Origin: Botryllus schlosseri
Taxonomy: Eukaryota
DNA length: 64,000 nt
Direction: 5' to 3'
Assembly: GCA_051294905.1 (NCBI GenBank)
Contig: CM119371.1
Span: 4,776,001 to 4,840,000 of the forward strand
In this document: in pieces, positions 27,114 through 39,971 of the stretch
Layout of the letters: each line of letters begins with the position of its first letter
Numbering within the stretch: position 1 is the stretch's first letter
The notes under the pieces: generated by a model
Seen by the model: only the letters and a program-made list of their open reading frames with translations
Databases searched by the model: none
Told to the model about the DNA's origin: nothing
Made by a program: the position numbers and the translations under genes

Positions 27114-27470
27114 TCCTATATGAACATGACTTTCTGCGACGGAAGTCACCATTCAATGAAGCTCCATCGCATCAAGCGGATGCCTCTTATATTAGTAGTG
27201 AAATAGATTCTCAACACTTTGTCGTTACAATAACAGCAAAATCCATCGACAATGGCGAACTGAAGTGCGTGGATTTTACGATATTGCGAGCATACAAATC
27301 TGATAATTAATTTTTGAGCGTAAAACTGCACTGGCGAACTGGATGTTGAAAAAAACCCAGATTTCAAGGATAAAAACCCAGAAACCCAGGTGATGCTCAA
27401 AAAACCCAGATCTGGGTGGAAAAACCCAGGAGTGGCATCTCTGAGCTAAACAGAACGGCCCCGTGGATAT

Positions 27471-28166
27471 ACTCAGATATCGCAGATATCGCAGGTATCG
27501 CAGATATCGCAGATATCACTACTGTGGATATACTCAGATATCGCAGATATCATTGTGGATATACTCAGATAGCGCAGATATCACCAAAATTCGCAGACAT
27601 CGAGGTCATATAAAGGTCACGCTTCGTTTAGAGCGCAGATATCACGTCTTAAGCATGTCTAGGTCGATTCAGTGCGCAGATATCAGGTCCGGACCATGCC
27701 TGGGCTCTTTTGGTGCGCAGATATCAGCTCCGGAGCATGTCCGAATACAAATAGTGCGCAGATATCAGGTCTGGACCATACCTGGGCTCTTTTGGTGCGC
27801 AGATATCAGCTCCTGAGCATGTCCGAATACAAATAGTGTGCAGATATCAGGTCTGGACCATACCTGGGCTCTTTTGGTGCGCAGATATCAGGTCTGGACA
27901 ATACCTGGATTCTTCTGGTGCGCAGATATCAGCTCCGGAGCATGTCCGAATACAAATAGTGGGCAGATATCAGGTCTGGACCATACCTAGGCTCTTTTGG
28001 TGTGCAGATATCAGCTCCGGAGCATGTCCGGATACGAATGGTGCGCAGATATCAGCACCTATATGAGCATTGAACATATAATGCCCTAACCAGTGCGCAG
28101 ATATCAGGTTTGGCGTCTTTTTCATGCGCAGATGTTAGCTTCGGAGCATGTCCGGATACAAATAGA
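27471..28166. repeat. 9-bp (GCAGATATC) repeats followed by ~13 units of a 41-bp minisatellite with A/B alternation
   Basis: Unit A gtgcgcagatatcaggtctggaccatacctgggctcttttg; unit B gtgcgcagatatcagctccggagcatgtccgaatacaaata. Confidence 0.92.
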
Positions 28167-29041
28167 GCGTTGCGACGGTCAACTTAATCGAATACGCAGG
28201 CAGGCCTAGTCGACAAACATGGTAAATACTGTTTAAACAGCTAAATGAGAAACTCCGACCATCTGCGCTTTGTTCGGCTCACGCATTAGCACGAAATCCG
28301 AGCCGTGTCGAATTCTTCGGGAATAATTGGTAGACAATCCGAGAATTATCAACGAAAAACTCAAATAACTTCGCTTCTACTACTTGGAATTGATTCAAAT
28401 TTGTTTTGCATCGTCTTTGAAGAAAATTCAACAATTTCGGGGGGTTGACAGGAAAATTTGAAATTTTTTCAAACATTTTTTCTAATAAATTAAAAATTTA
28501 AATTGGCTCTGCGGTGGCTTATATACTTGTTAGAATTTAACCAAATTTGGCGTGCAGCGTTTTTTACGGTAACCTGACAATTTAATCAGTGAATGGCTGG
28601 AATCTGGAAAAAAAAAGTTATTTTTGAACGACACTGTACTCATGATACACAAAACCTGAAAGTACCTCAGATTTAAACCGCGGTATAAATGCAGTAGCCT
28701 AGCCTACAACATTTTAATCCAAATTCTGCATGCTCGTAGTAACGTAGAATGGTATGCACGTATAGGCACGTAGGATTTATGACCGCTATATAATTCTTAG
28801 TTAGGTTATGTTTTCTTGTACCACTCTTCTCCGCCCTTCGGGTGTGAATACACACTCTTTTCGCAAGGAGTGTGGGGCTATTTGAACATTTATCATGACA
28901 ATTATTCTTATAAGCGTGATAGAAACATGTGCCAATACTACTCTCTACTTTACAAAATCCAAAGAGTAAAAAATATTATTATTTCCCTAAATTTTTTTCA
29001 AGTAGAATTGGATGTAGTACAAAGATATATAACCACTAGAG

Positions 29042-29807
29042 CAGGGGTGTGAAACATACGACCAGACGATTTTATCCGGCCCGCGAAAAAATTTCGGGTT
29101 GATGGAGAAATGCTTGTCCTGCATATTTCTAACAAATGTTCCGATTTTTAGTCCGTGAAACTTCTATATTAAATAATCCCTCAATGCAACAAAGGTCAAA
29201 TATGTGCATAGGCCACATTTTAACTATTATTTTGTGGTTTCGCTCTAGCAGTATTAGCAAAAATTCGGTGACATTGACACGCAATTCCAGGAAGCTAAAA
29301 TGGAGAACACTGAGTTCAGAGTTTTATGGAAAAAATTAACCTAGAATTAGTTATTCACAGAAGCGAAAAAGCCAATGTGAAATCGTTGCATGCATGAATA
29401 TATGGAGAATATAGTAGTTACAAAAATGTAATTCAAATATCTGCGTTCGCACTACTGTATCACTTCTGGCTGAAAAGGTTCCCGACTACCAGAGGAAAAC
29501 GAATCGCGATTTGAATGAACCGAATTCCAACGGCCACATCTACAGTTAAATCTCTTGTATTCCTTCCAACGCATACGCAGAGTTAACGCCAGATTACGAC
29601 TGAAACAAGGGGATCATAGAAATATGCTTATAACGTCGTAAGAGCCCATGTTTTAGCGATTTGTAACTATATTCAACCAGTCAATATTTGTATTTTTGCA
29701 AATTCCATTGTTTGCGAATGAACGTGTCGCTTGAATAGAACCCCTAATCCCCTATGTTCTGAAGGTTTGAATGCGGCCCGAGAAACAACTTGAGTTTGAC
29801 ATCCCTG
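29042..29807. mobile_element. hAT (Charlie-like) MITE nested in the Merlin-like element
   Basis: TIRs CAGGGGTGTGAAAC / GTTTGACATCCCTG; perfect TSD CACTAGAG. Confidence 0.88.
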
Positions 29808-30556
29808 CACTAGAGTAGCCTAAGTGATGCAAGCAGGCAAAATCTGCCTGAGGACTCCAAAAAAACTGTAAGTGGTCTGTTACTGGTCTGCGATATCTGA
29901 GTATATCCACGAGGCCAACAGAACTGAATAGTGAATATGAAAAGCAGTACACCTGAGGTCTGGCATAAGCAATCATTGGGCATACCTTATGGAGTCATAG
30001 CGACACCTTAGGGTTGTAAAACGGCGGGCAGGAAATATTATTTCTAATATTTTTGTTTCGTGTGACAATCATTGTGGAGTTGTTCATTTGATGCACAGTT
30101 GACTATAGGAACCAATATTCTATAGTGGTGTATCAGACGTGCAATGAGATAGATTTTCGATTTTATGTTACTGGCCAATTATTTCGGGCCATAGAAGGCT
30201 TGCTGATTGGCGCAAGAGTTCGCCATGGTAGTAAAGGTTGAATAACCCTGATCTAATATAAGTTTGACAATTTCCTAAATAGATTATTCCACATCTTGCA
30301 TGGTTATTAACTAAGCTTCGGTATGGTCGACGAAATAAAAAACTCTCGTCTGTTTTGTTACCTCTGTGTTTATATAGCTCAGTGTGTGTGATTCGTTTAC
30401 GGCTCATTGACCTCGGCCGCAATATGCACGGGGGACTCCCCTCTGTCTGAGTAGATATTTGATTGTTGCTCAATGCGAACTGCTCAGCAAAAGTATAGAT
30501 TATTACTGTCCGTCAGTTAGTAATAATTCAGATTACTGTTCTTATAAAGAAAAAGC

Positions 30557-31658
30557 GGCACTTCTTCGATGGCAGTCAGAGATCGGAAAGTGTTAACCAT
30601 GATCACCAATGAATGTTTTCCATGAACACGAACAAAAATTTATAAACGTCAAAATAAATTATTTTTGTGTGTCTTTGGAGAGACGGATATTAGGATTGGG
30701 GTGGGGGGTATTAGGGTGGGGGAAAGGGAGATTGGAGGTGGATTAGGGTCAAAGTTGGGGTTAGGTATCCCAAGATCAGGGTTGGGGGATGTTAGGGAAG
30801 GGGGATATTAGGGTGGGGGAAAGGGGGATTGGAGGTGGGTTTGGGTATCCCAAGATTAGGGTTGGAGTATTAGGGTGGGGTTGGGGGGATATTAGGGTTG
30901 CAGGAGGGGGGATATTAGGGTTGTAGGAAGGGGGATATTGGGGTTAGGGGGATATTAGGGTTGCGGGAGGGGGGGTATTAGGGTTGTGGGACGGGGGATA
31001 TTAGGGATGGGGGAGGGGAGGTGGGTTAGGGACAAAGTTGGGGTTAGGGTATCCCAAGATTAGGGAAGGGTGATATTAGGGTTGGGGGAAGGGGATATTA
31101 GGGTTGGGGTAGAGGGGATTGCAGGTGGGTTAGGGTATCCCAATATTAGGGTTGGGGAAGGGGTATATTAGGGTTGAGGGAAAGGGAGATGGGTTAAACC
31201 CCGGTTAGGGGTAATCTAACCCCAACTTTGAACCTAATCCACCTCCAACCCCCCTTTCCCCCAACCCTAATATCCCCCTTTTCCCTAACCCTAATATCCC
31301 CCCTCCCCAACCGTAATATCCCCCTTCCCTAACCCTAATATCCCCTTCCCTAACACCCCCTACCCTAACCCTAATATCCTCCCTCCCGCAACCCTAACAT
31401 CTCCCAACCCTAATATCCCCCTCCCGCAACCTAATATCCCCCTCCCGCAACCCTAATACCCCCCTCCCACAACCCTAATTTCCCCCCTCCCACAACCCTA
31501 ATAACCCCCTCCCGCAACCCTAATATCCCCCCTAACCCTCTCCAAACGCAAAAACAATAATTTTGACGTTTATAAATGTTTATTCGTGTTCATGGAAAAC
31601 ATTCATTGGTGATCATGGTGAACACTTTCCGATCTCTGACTGCCATCGAAGAAGTGCC
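30557..31658. repeat. 1.1-kb palindrome with head-to-head telomere-like TTAGGG / CCCTAA tracts
   Basis: Outer ~120-bp inverted repeats (GGCACTTCTTCGATGGCAGTCAGAGATCGGAAAGTG...). G-rich gatattagggttggggg units at 30690-31210, then complementary C-rich units at 31215-31540. No TSD seen. Confidence 0.9.
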
Positions 31659-31669
31659 TTATTACTACG

Positions 31670-33650
31670 GTAAATCTTCATTAATATTTTTTTTTATTTT
31701 TGCGAAAAATATTCAATAATTTTTACGCTGTTGTTTATGCACAGTTGATTTTGCGCACCAGTATTCTATAGTATTGCATCAGCTGTGCAATGTGATGGAT
31801 TTTGGTTTTCGTAATTAGGCGAAAATTTGTAGTTTGCTAAAGGCCTGCAGATTATCGTATGGGCTTGCCTAGTTATCGTAGTTAGGAAAGGCCAAGAACT
31901 ACTGCTAAAAGAGTTATAGCTTTCACCATGCCTTGCCTTTTCATTTGATAAGTGGGTGGTGAAAGTTTTTAATATTGACCGAGGAGGTGTGTCTTAAAAA
32001 GTTGAAGAACTTCAGTTCTAGGCGATATCTATTCGGGATACTGCCAACGTTCCTGCTCGTATTACAGTGATATAATAATTGGGCTTTGTAAAGTAGACAG
32101 ACTTTTGGGGTTGTTAAAAAATTAATTTTGTTTTCAAATTTTACTGGCTAATTCATGAAAATGCCAAGTTTGTTAAGCGAAAACTAATATGGTCGAAAAT
32201 TATTGATTTTTAACAACAATCAAAAATTTCATTGAAATTTTATCGGCTCCCACATGGAATTGTTAGGTTGTCTACAAAAATATTGAAAGATTTATATTCA
32301 TCAACTCCAACCGATAGAAGTATCAGGGTACGAAATGTTGGATTATGAAAAATAATACTCTTTCCTATAGGACATTTCATCGTTAAAACTGGATTGAACG
32401 GGTTCATGAGCCTGTATCATTGCACAGTTGCAGTCTTGCAGAGTTAACTAGGCCTTGTGAAACCCAAAACGATATTTGGGTCCCGTGATTCTAATTTTTT
32501 TGTAAGCTCCAAAGATGATCTGTAAAGCGCTACAATAGTAATTGCTAGGGCCAGGTAGTGTCCTAGTGGGCACCAGGTTTTAATGAATTGATTGGGACAA
32601 TAAGGGATGGTTTTTTCTGAGTTTCGAAATCATATGATCCTCGCCACTAAGATGTAACTTGTCAATGGCAATTCGAGTTTCGATGCTAATTTTCTTCTGT
32701 GAAAGGATTGAAAACACGAATTGTTCTCAAAAGTTGAATGAAATGGTTGTGGTCTAAAAACACCAAGCTATCTTTATTGTGATATAAAACTGGCATTATA
32801 CACTTCGTGATCGCGTAATTGGTACATATCTGAACTTAACACATCTTTCGTATTGTTATGTCGTCACAATGAAGGATACTCACATCCCCAACTTGACTCG
32901 AAGCCTAATACTCGATTTATATCTACTGATCACACCATGCGGGCACTAAGTTTAAAGGTATAAAATTGGAATGAAACTCGTTAAAACCATATTGAATGGT
33001 TCCGGGAACTCAAAAAGTCATGTACATAGCATTTCATTAACTATATTCATAAATATGGTAAAATGCCATGCAAAATTCCTCCATCTCGTTTTGATTGCAG
33101 AAATTCAAAATGAAATGAGGTCTATAAAAAGGGAACCAATTTGAAAGCTAGGATTTACCAGGCAGTGTCCACTCTGTGTGCAGTATGTGCTAAAATCTTC
33201 AAGTTTAGTCCTGCCGTCAATTGTAGCCAGTGTTGGGTTCAATTCACCACCTTTTCTATCCACGACAATATGACCATCACCAATAAGTGTTTCCGGTGAA
33301 CATGTTAAAATTTATCGTATTCGTAATGGGTTAAGGGCAGACTTGTACAACTAGAAAGCTTTCAGCTTTTTTAAAGTTAGCTAGCTAGCTACACATATTT
33401 TAAATTTCCGAATTTGATTAGACTTAGACTTGCTGATACTGAATTTGTGAAAACTTGGTAGTTGAATCAATTTAATATCATATCAAATCAGAGTTCATTC
33501 CCATACTTATGAGAATGTGTGTACATCAAGCTTGGCTCATTTCACACGGTACAGTTCTCCTCTAGCATTTTCAATAAAATCAGAAAGCAGATAAGAAATA
33601 AAATGAGAGCATATTTACATTTCACAGATTAGATTAGAATCTGTATTTGA
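31670..33650 (+). repeat. Right arm of the inverted duplication; includes a possible decayed upstream ZNF exon (~33100-33280)
   Basis: Homologous to 14690-22200. ttgattgcag| then IQNEMRSIKREP..CAVCAKIFK..CSQCWVQFTTF; the left copy reads CIMCAKILR..CCRCWYQFTAFGDFTIH|gtaag. The exon call is inference. Confidence 0.8.
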
Positions 33651-34049
33651 ACCAGTGTTGGGATAAAGTCTCTACCTTCGAGTCATGTCAGGTCAATCGA
33701 TTTTTGAAGGTGACTCGAGTCAAGTCAAGTCACGAGTCAATTTACGATTCAAGTCAAATTGAATTTTCAAAGTAGGCCTATGAGTGATGATGATGACAGT
33801 TTGCTGACTGTGTGAAATCCAGATTAATTGACCAAAATAATACGCGAGTAACTGAATAGCTACATGCTATACAGTCTGTTATTATCTGCCAAAATGGTGG
33901 ATCGAATACGAAGCCTCGGGATGTTGAAACAAATTGCCATGGTACAATACACTACTCAGCTACATGTCCGTGAGAATTTGAAAGCATAAACTATATTCAC
34001 GCAATTTAGATTATACGAGAGAGTTGGTAAAGGTGAGCACTGCATAATG

Positions 34050-36896
34050 CAGTGGTTCTCAACCGGTGTGCCGCGGCACACTAGTGTGCCATTTACGTCT
34101 CGCAAGTGTGCCGCGAGCGATTTCTTCGGAATTTTAAAATTATGCGCAAAATAATTCGAGTCTATAGCAAACGATCAATAATCTAAATCGAACTTGATGT
34201 GAAGTTTGTAGATTTGCTGAATCAAAATTCATGTCATGCCCGCAATCAATAACCCCCTCGACTTCGCTTTACCCGACATATCGCGTGACTTGAAGGCTGA
34301 TTTAAGTTTTGCACAATACGTTGATTGATCGTAGAGATGGTGGCTCCTGTATCACAATGCGGTTTTCAAATCCTAATTGTCTCCCCAATCACTAGCGAGA
34401 AATGAACTGCCTTGGCATTGATGTTCGCGTTTACATATTTGAATTACAAACATGGCAATCTACATTGCGATTATCGTGCCGGCACTTCCGTTAAAATATT
34501 GGCTTGTAGCACTACCACAATGTTGTGTTACTGTCGACGAATACGAGAATTGACAAGTAAGGTAGATCAAAATATATCAGTCAGCAAACCTCTTCGCCGC
34601 TGAGGTTATAATCTTGGTTTGTTGGAAGTATAATTAAACTGCGGATGAATGCCAGTAGACCTATTGAGGTATGGCTATCGTATCCTCACGCATGATACAC
34701 GATCTGAGTGGAAATACATTGTATATCCTGGTCTATTTTTTTCCAAGGTTGTTTATTCGATTCCAAATACATGAAAATCACATCTACCCTCCCATATTCG
34801 TTAGCGGCGATCATTATTAACCTCTTTGACACAATGCGGCAGTGGGCAGACTTATTGTCAAACAAATCTTATGAAATAGTATCCAAGGGCAGCCCGTCTT
34901 GTTTGTTGTAATCAAGAAGGAACGATATTCTGGCCCGAGGAGAACGACGACTATATATCAATGCTAAGTAAGCTATATGAGGGACGCTATACGCACAAAA
35001 TTTTTCTTAGAGAAATATTAAAATGGAACAGTTTATTTCAAAAGAAAGAAAGTACAGAAACATTTTGCATTGACTGCAAGGGTGTTCAGTAGGGTTGTCC
35101 AAAATTTGGAAAATCTCAAAAAGTCTCCGTGATTGTGTCTCATTCTATAGATTATTGATAAAAAACAACAATTAGCCTGAAAGAAGCTTACAGGAAAGCC
35201 GTTAAGATTTCGACCAAAGCGTTTGAAAGTAGCTGCTCAAGAATGGGCGTGCCACTGACCATAGAACGGTGAGAAGACTAGTAATCAAATAACCACGGCT
35301 CTTGATTGGCTAATCGGATATGCTTCAATGACCACGGCAGCAGCAGCTTGCTGATGAGGTGTTCAAGAAGTCTGCTACCGGCGGGGATTCTGAGTGCGCA
35401 TTGTTAGTAATTTGGCAGGTGATGATTTAAGATTAATTCAGGACATGTTGAGGTACGAACTACATGATGAACAAACAACACCTGCTTCACAGAAGCTTTT
35501 ACAGCATGACTGCTTCATTGTGAAGGAATCGGCTGAAGCCTACATGTCGTGTTTCCATCGAGAGAAAGCAAAGGCGCTTATGCAAGTGTTAGCGAATTCA
35601 CTGTTTCAGTACGGATCCACCATCAGTGAATACAAATATATAACGCTTAACAATGACACTATACGCTGTGTGATCTTATTGGGCTGAAGCTGTAGTATAT
35701 AGGTGACGTTTTGAATGGTCTAGGGATCGGCGGAATCAGCCGGTTATGCTTGGCCCTTATCAGATGCTTACAACAAATTGAATGCACTTGTAGGCGTTGT
35801 TAAAGTCCTTCATGATAACGCAGAAAAGAGGTGGTAATGTACGCACACTCGCACAGGCTGTGCTGGATATGGTATGTCAAAGTCCTTATTGATCCCGCAG
35901 AAAAGAGGTGTAAAGCAAAGCACAGACTATGCTGCATATAGTATTCAGCATAGTTTGGATATCATATCCAGCATAGCCTGTGCTTACCTTAAACCTCTTT
36001 TCTGCAGTATCATTAAGGACTTAGACAACTCTTTTAAGTGAATTCAATTTGCTGTAAGTATAACTGCCAAGCATAACCGGCCGATTCAGTCGATCCCTAG
36101 AACCTTCAATACTTCACTATATACTACAACTTGGATCCAATAAGATCACACAAAGTATAGTGTCATTGTTAAGCTTTATATATTTGTATTCACTGATGGT
36201 GGATCCGTACAGAAACGGTGAATTCGCTCAACACTTGCATAAGCGCCTTTGCTTTCTCTCGATGAAAACACGACATGTAGGCTTCAGCCGTTTCTTTCAC
36301 AATGAAGCAGTCATGCTGTAAAAGCTTCTGTGAAGCAGGTGTTGTTTGTTCATCATGTATTTCGTACCTTAACATGTCCTGAATTAATCTTAAATCATCA
36401 CCTGCCAAACTACTAACAATGCGCACTCAGAATCCCAGCCGGTAGCAGACTTCTTGAACACCTGGTCAGCAAGCTGCTGCTGCCGTGGTCATTGAAGCAT
36501 AGCCGATTAGCCAATCAAGAGCCGCGGTTATTTGATTACTAGTCTTCTCGCCGTTCTATGGTCAGTGGCACGCCCATTCTTGAGCAGCTACTTTCAAACG
36601 CTTTGGTCGAAATCTTAACGGCTTTCCTGTAAGCTTCTTTCAGGCTAATTGTTGTTTTTTATCAATAATCTATAGAATGAGACACAATCACGGAGACTTT
36701 TTGAGATTTTCCTAATTTTGGACAACCCTAGTGTTCAGTGTTCACATTAGTCGGCCTTAAACTGGGTGCTAATAAGTATTCTGGTAGTTTGCAGATGCCG
36801 TAAGCCAAAAAAGTTCGGAACCACTATGATGGTGTGCCGCGAACCCTGTTCTATTTCCAAAGGGTGCCGCGAAGTAAAAAAGGTTGAGAACCACTG
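34050..36896. mobile_element. hAT (Charlie-like) non-autonomous element
   Basis: TIRs CAGTGGTTCTCAACC / GGTTGAGAACCACTG; perfect TSD GCATAATG. Confidence 0.92.
35090..36730. mobile_element. Fully palindromic TAGGG-ended hAT (hATm-like) element
   Basis: TAGGGTTGTCCAAAATT termini; perfect TSD GTGTTCAG. The two ~800-bp halves are reverse complements (ORF track 35394+ and 36426- give nearly the same peptide), with the centre near 35950. Confidence 0.93.
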
Positions 36897-39001
36897 GCAT
36901 AATGTAAGCACTTGATCCGTCTAACAAACAGAGATACGTCCCTATTAGATCGGTGGTTCTCAATCTTTTTGTCTTCGCGTATCCATTTTCAGATCGCAAC
37001 CAACCCCCGTGGACCCCTAATGCATAAGCAATTATGCATCTTTGGTGCCTTTTCTGTCTGCGAATCAGTTCAATTAGCTTGAAATAAATTTCAACTCGGA
37101 GCCTTCAAGGCGAGACAGTGGCATTTACGGATTTCATAAGAAATCTACAAAGATCACCGACAGGACTGAGCATGGTGATCCTGATCTTGAGAATTGGATG
37201 CAATTAGCTCGTGTGTAGAAAAATGCTCATTAAGTAGAGTTGTATATAAATAATATTCTGAATGATGAAGATCATGTGACATCAACAACTGTTATTGGTA
37301 TTGTAATTAATCATGTTTCATAAAACTCCGTTGTGTACGGCTGCTTGTCTGCATCTTCACCATGCCCGTGAAAAGTCGAGCATACTAGCATTAGACATGC
37401 ATTCATTTCGATAAGTGAGGTTTGAGTCGCGAAACGGTAATGTCACTCAGATTCGGGTAGTGCTCGTAAACGTTGAAGAACCACTGGTCTTCAAAAGATT
37501 GTCAAACACACACCTCTGTCGGCTAGTGCTATCGGAGCTGGCGGTTACCGCGACCAAGGTGATGGTCCCTACTCTGAACCAGCTATCCGTCCCTAATCGC
37601 CTGGCCGAACCGGGCTGATGGTGTCAAACTTGTTCCAGAATTGTTTTGAATCTGACATTCTGTCATCCCGGGCAATTGTTGAAGACAGAGTAAATTAACA
37701 GTTTGGTGTCTTAGAGCTGAAATCTATCGGACGATCGAGTTGAAACCTGAACGTCCCAAATATTCTATCCGCAGCCAATATCCGAAAGGGAATCTGAAAT
37801 GTAATTGTGATCTACTAAGTATGTGCAAAACATCTATGAAGAACTACTCGTCTGAATTGGCAGGTTGCCGATTGCCGGTTGCCGATCACAATGCCTAATA
37901 ATTCTACTAAACTGGTATTATTACCATATTTTTCCATGTATAATGGGCGAAATTTTATTGATTTTTTGCCATAAAATAGGGGGTGCGTATTAGACATGGG
38001 TACAGCAAGCCTTGAAAAAATATCCCTCGATCAAAAACTTGAAATCACACCTTTCTTAATGTTTGTTTCCAATCTCGCATCACCTCTAGCCATCGTGCCC
38101 TGTAATTCGTATTATAGAGTGTAACGCGTGCTGCAAAGTAGAGAAGCGTGTTGCCAATTAGCGAAAAGCGTGTTGCCATTTTACGAGAGTCGTCTGCAGA
38201 GCACACGATCTCTTGCTCTGCAGAGCACACGATCTCTTGCTGAGTATTATACATGGGTACTAGGGTTGTTCAAAATTTGGAAACTGTTTGGAATACCGCG
38301 TATCCATGGCTTATTCTGTAGATTATTGTTAAAAAACAATAATGGACCTGAAAGAAGCTCGCATGAAAGCCGGAAACGTTTGTCTAAATGTGTTTGAAAG
38401 TAGCCATCGGCGAGTGGGCGGGGCATCGATGAAGTGGGCGGGCAAACAGGAGTCAATAATCTTGATTGGCTGCAGCCGGTAATAATAAATTACTGATTGG
38501 CTGAAAGATCGACTTTGTGAACACTACCAGTAACGATTTCAATGTGCTGTTGTGAAGTCGTTTCTGTTGGTGGCATTGCAGACATGATCTATTGCCTATG
38601 TTAATGTTGTCATCGAGAGTCTATATACGACATTGCAACCCCATTAGTTAATAATATCTACCTGCAGAATGTCTATAACAGTGTTACAATGTATTGCACA
38701 GGTGCTCTCGTAGTTGAGATACGAATAAACTAGATGCATGCATCTTGCTGTCTTCGACCTTTCCAAAACTTACTGACAGTGAGTGAAACTTGAAAAATTT
38801 CCCACCTGTAGTCAACATCTCAGTAGTACTTGCTATGTCTAGTCGAAGTCTCACCAATAAACAAACGCATATTACACTTTTTATTCGCGATTGAATGAAG
38901 GCAAAAAGCACTATTTACAACAGACATCAAGAAAGTACGCTGCAGGATCAGTGTTGCATTGTCAGTCATAAGTTGCAGATTGCAGGCTTTTGATTAGAGT
39001 T

Positions 39002-39260
39002 GAGAGAGAGAGAGAGAGATGATATTCTTTTTCGCCTGCACCATCGAGATGCTTTGACGACGGACTTGCGATACGGCCGTGAGGTCATCTAGTCTGCGCA
39101 CCCGTTTTTTTTCTCCTCCATGCTATCCGTGATTGCTGAGCGCCTAGCAGGATAGCTGCGGATACCAATTTTCGAGTCTTTGGTATGACCCGGCCGGGGA
39201 TCGAACCCACGACCTACCGCTCGAGAAGCCGGACGCATAACCATTACACTATCTCTATCC
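39002..39260 (-). mobile_element. tRNA-derived SINE (Meta-domain-like core) with (TC)n tail
   Basis: Minus strand has A box TAGTGTAATGG and B box GGTTCGATCC, then GGGTCATACCAAAGACT..AAAATTGGTAT..CTGCTAGGCGCTCAGCA, and ends in (TC)n. The resemblance to the MetaSINE core is from memory. Confidence 0.85.
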
Positions 39261-39971
39261 TGCTGTCTCCAACTGTCTTCCTATGCTGTTCCACAGCTCG
39301 AAGCAGACTGTCTCTTTGTTGTTCATTGTCAGTCAAGATTGCAACATAGTATGTGCTTAGCTTTACACCTCGCTCTGTGGTATCATTAACGACTTTGACA
39401 GAATTGATGTTGGAGCTCATTCTGGTGAAGGAATCTGAACATCAACCAGTTGAGTTAGCCACGCCCCAGAGCATTCAAAATGATCAAATATGTATCATGA
39501 CTGTGGCCCCAAAAATCAGCCAAATTTGCAGTTAACGAGACCGGCCCCTTCTGAAACTTAAGTTATTACCAGCTGCATCACGACCGATGCTGGAAGGTAA
39601 CTAAAAAGTGAACTAAAAACAAATTGAAGCGATCCAGTAGTTCCACTTCTTCAGATTTGTAATGTAACTGATAAGCCCACAGGAACATCTTCTAAGCATA
39701 CAGAATTTGCCCGTCCATCTTGCATGGTGTGTTGCACCCGGTATGTGATGAATGATGTATATCTTCACTTGCATCAAGAAGAGCAAGAGAAATAGTCACA
39801 CATTGTCTGTAGTCATCCCGTGTGAAGAATCTTTTCTGGTCAGTAGTAGCTTGAAGCAACTGTCATTGCTGCTCGTTCTTTTAAAACATATAGGAATAGT
39901 CAGAGTCTTGAATTGCTGTTTTCTATCAAGACTGCACAAGCTCTTCTTAAGGTGGGCCTTCCATGTGATAA

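Larger units (their letters stand above)
25444..27443. mobile_element. hAT non-autonomous element with AAAACCCAG subterminal repeats
   Basis: TIRs CAGAGATGCCAC / GTGGCATCTCTG; perfect TSD AGCTAAAC. Confidence 0.9.
27457..29916. mobile_element. Merlin-like non-autonomous DNA transposon with internal tandem repeats
   Basis: ~30-bp TIRs GGCC(C/T)CGTGGATATACTCAGATATCGCAGA and a perfect 8-bp TSD AACAGAAC. GG termini, an 8-bp TSD and internal tandem repeats fit Merlin, but the superfamily is inferred and no transposase is seen. Confidence 0.75.

Noticed and set aside
27631..28166. CRISPR-like array (constant GTGCGCAGATATCA plus variable 27 bp)
   Set aside because: The 'spacers' are two recurring types, not unique. 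There are no cas genes, the context is eukaryotic, and the array lies inside a TIR/TSD-bounded element.
35394..36426. Pair of 97/78-aa genes
   Set aside because: They are mirror copies created by the palindrome, have non-ATG starts, and show no recognisable domain.
36951..37486. Intact hAT MITE
   Set aside because: TIR-like ends are present but the flanks (TATTAGAT / GTCTTCAA) give no TSD, so the boundaries are unsupported.
39185..39260. tRNA gene
   Set aside because: A and B boxes are present, but there is no convincing acceptor stem and it runs into a SINE core and (TC)n tail.
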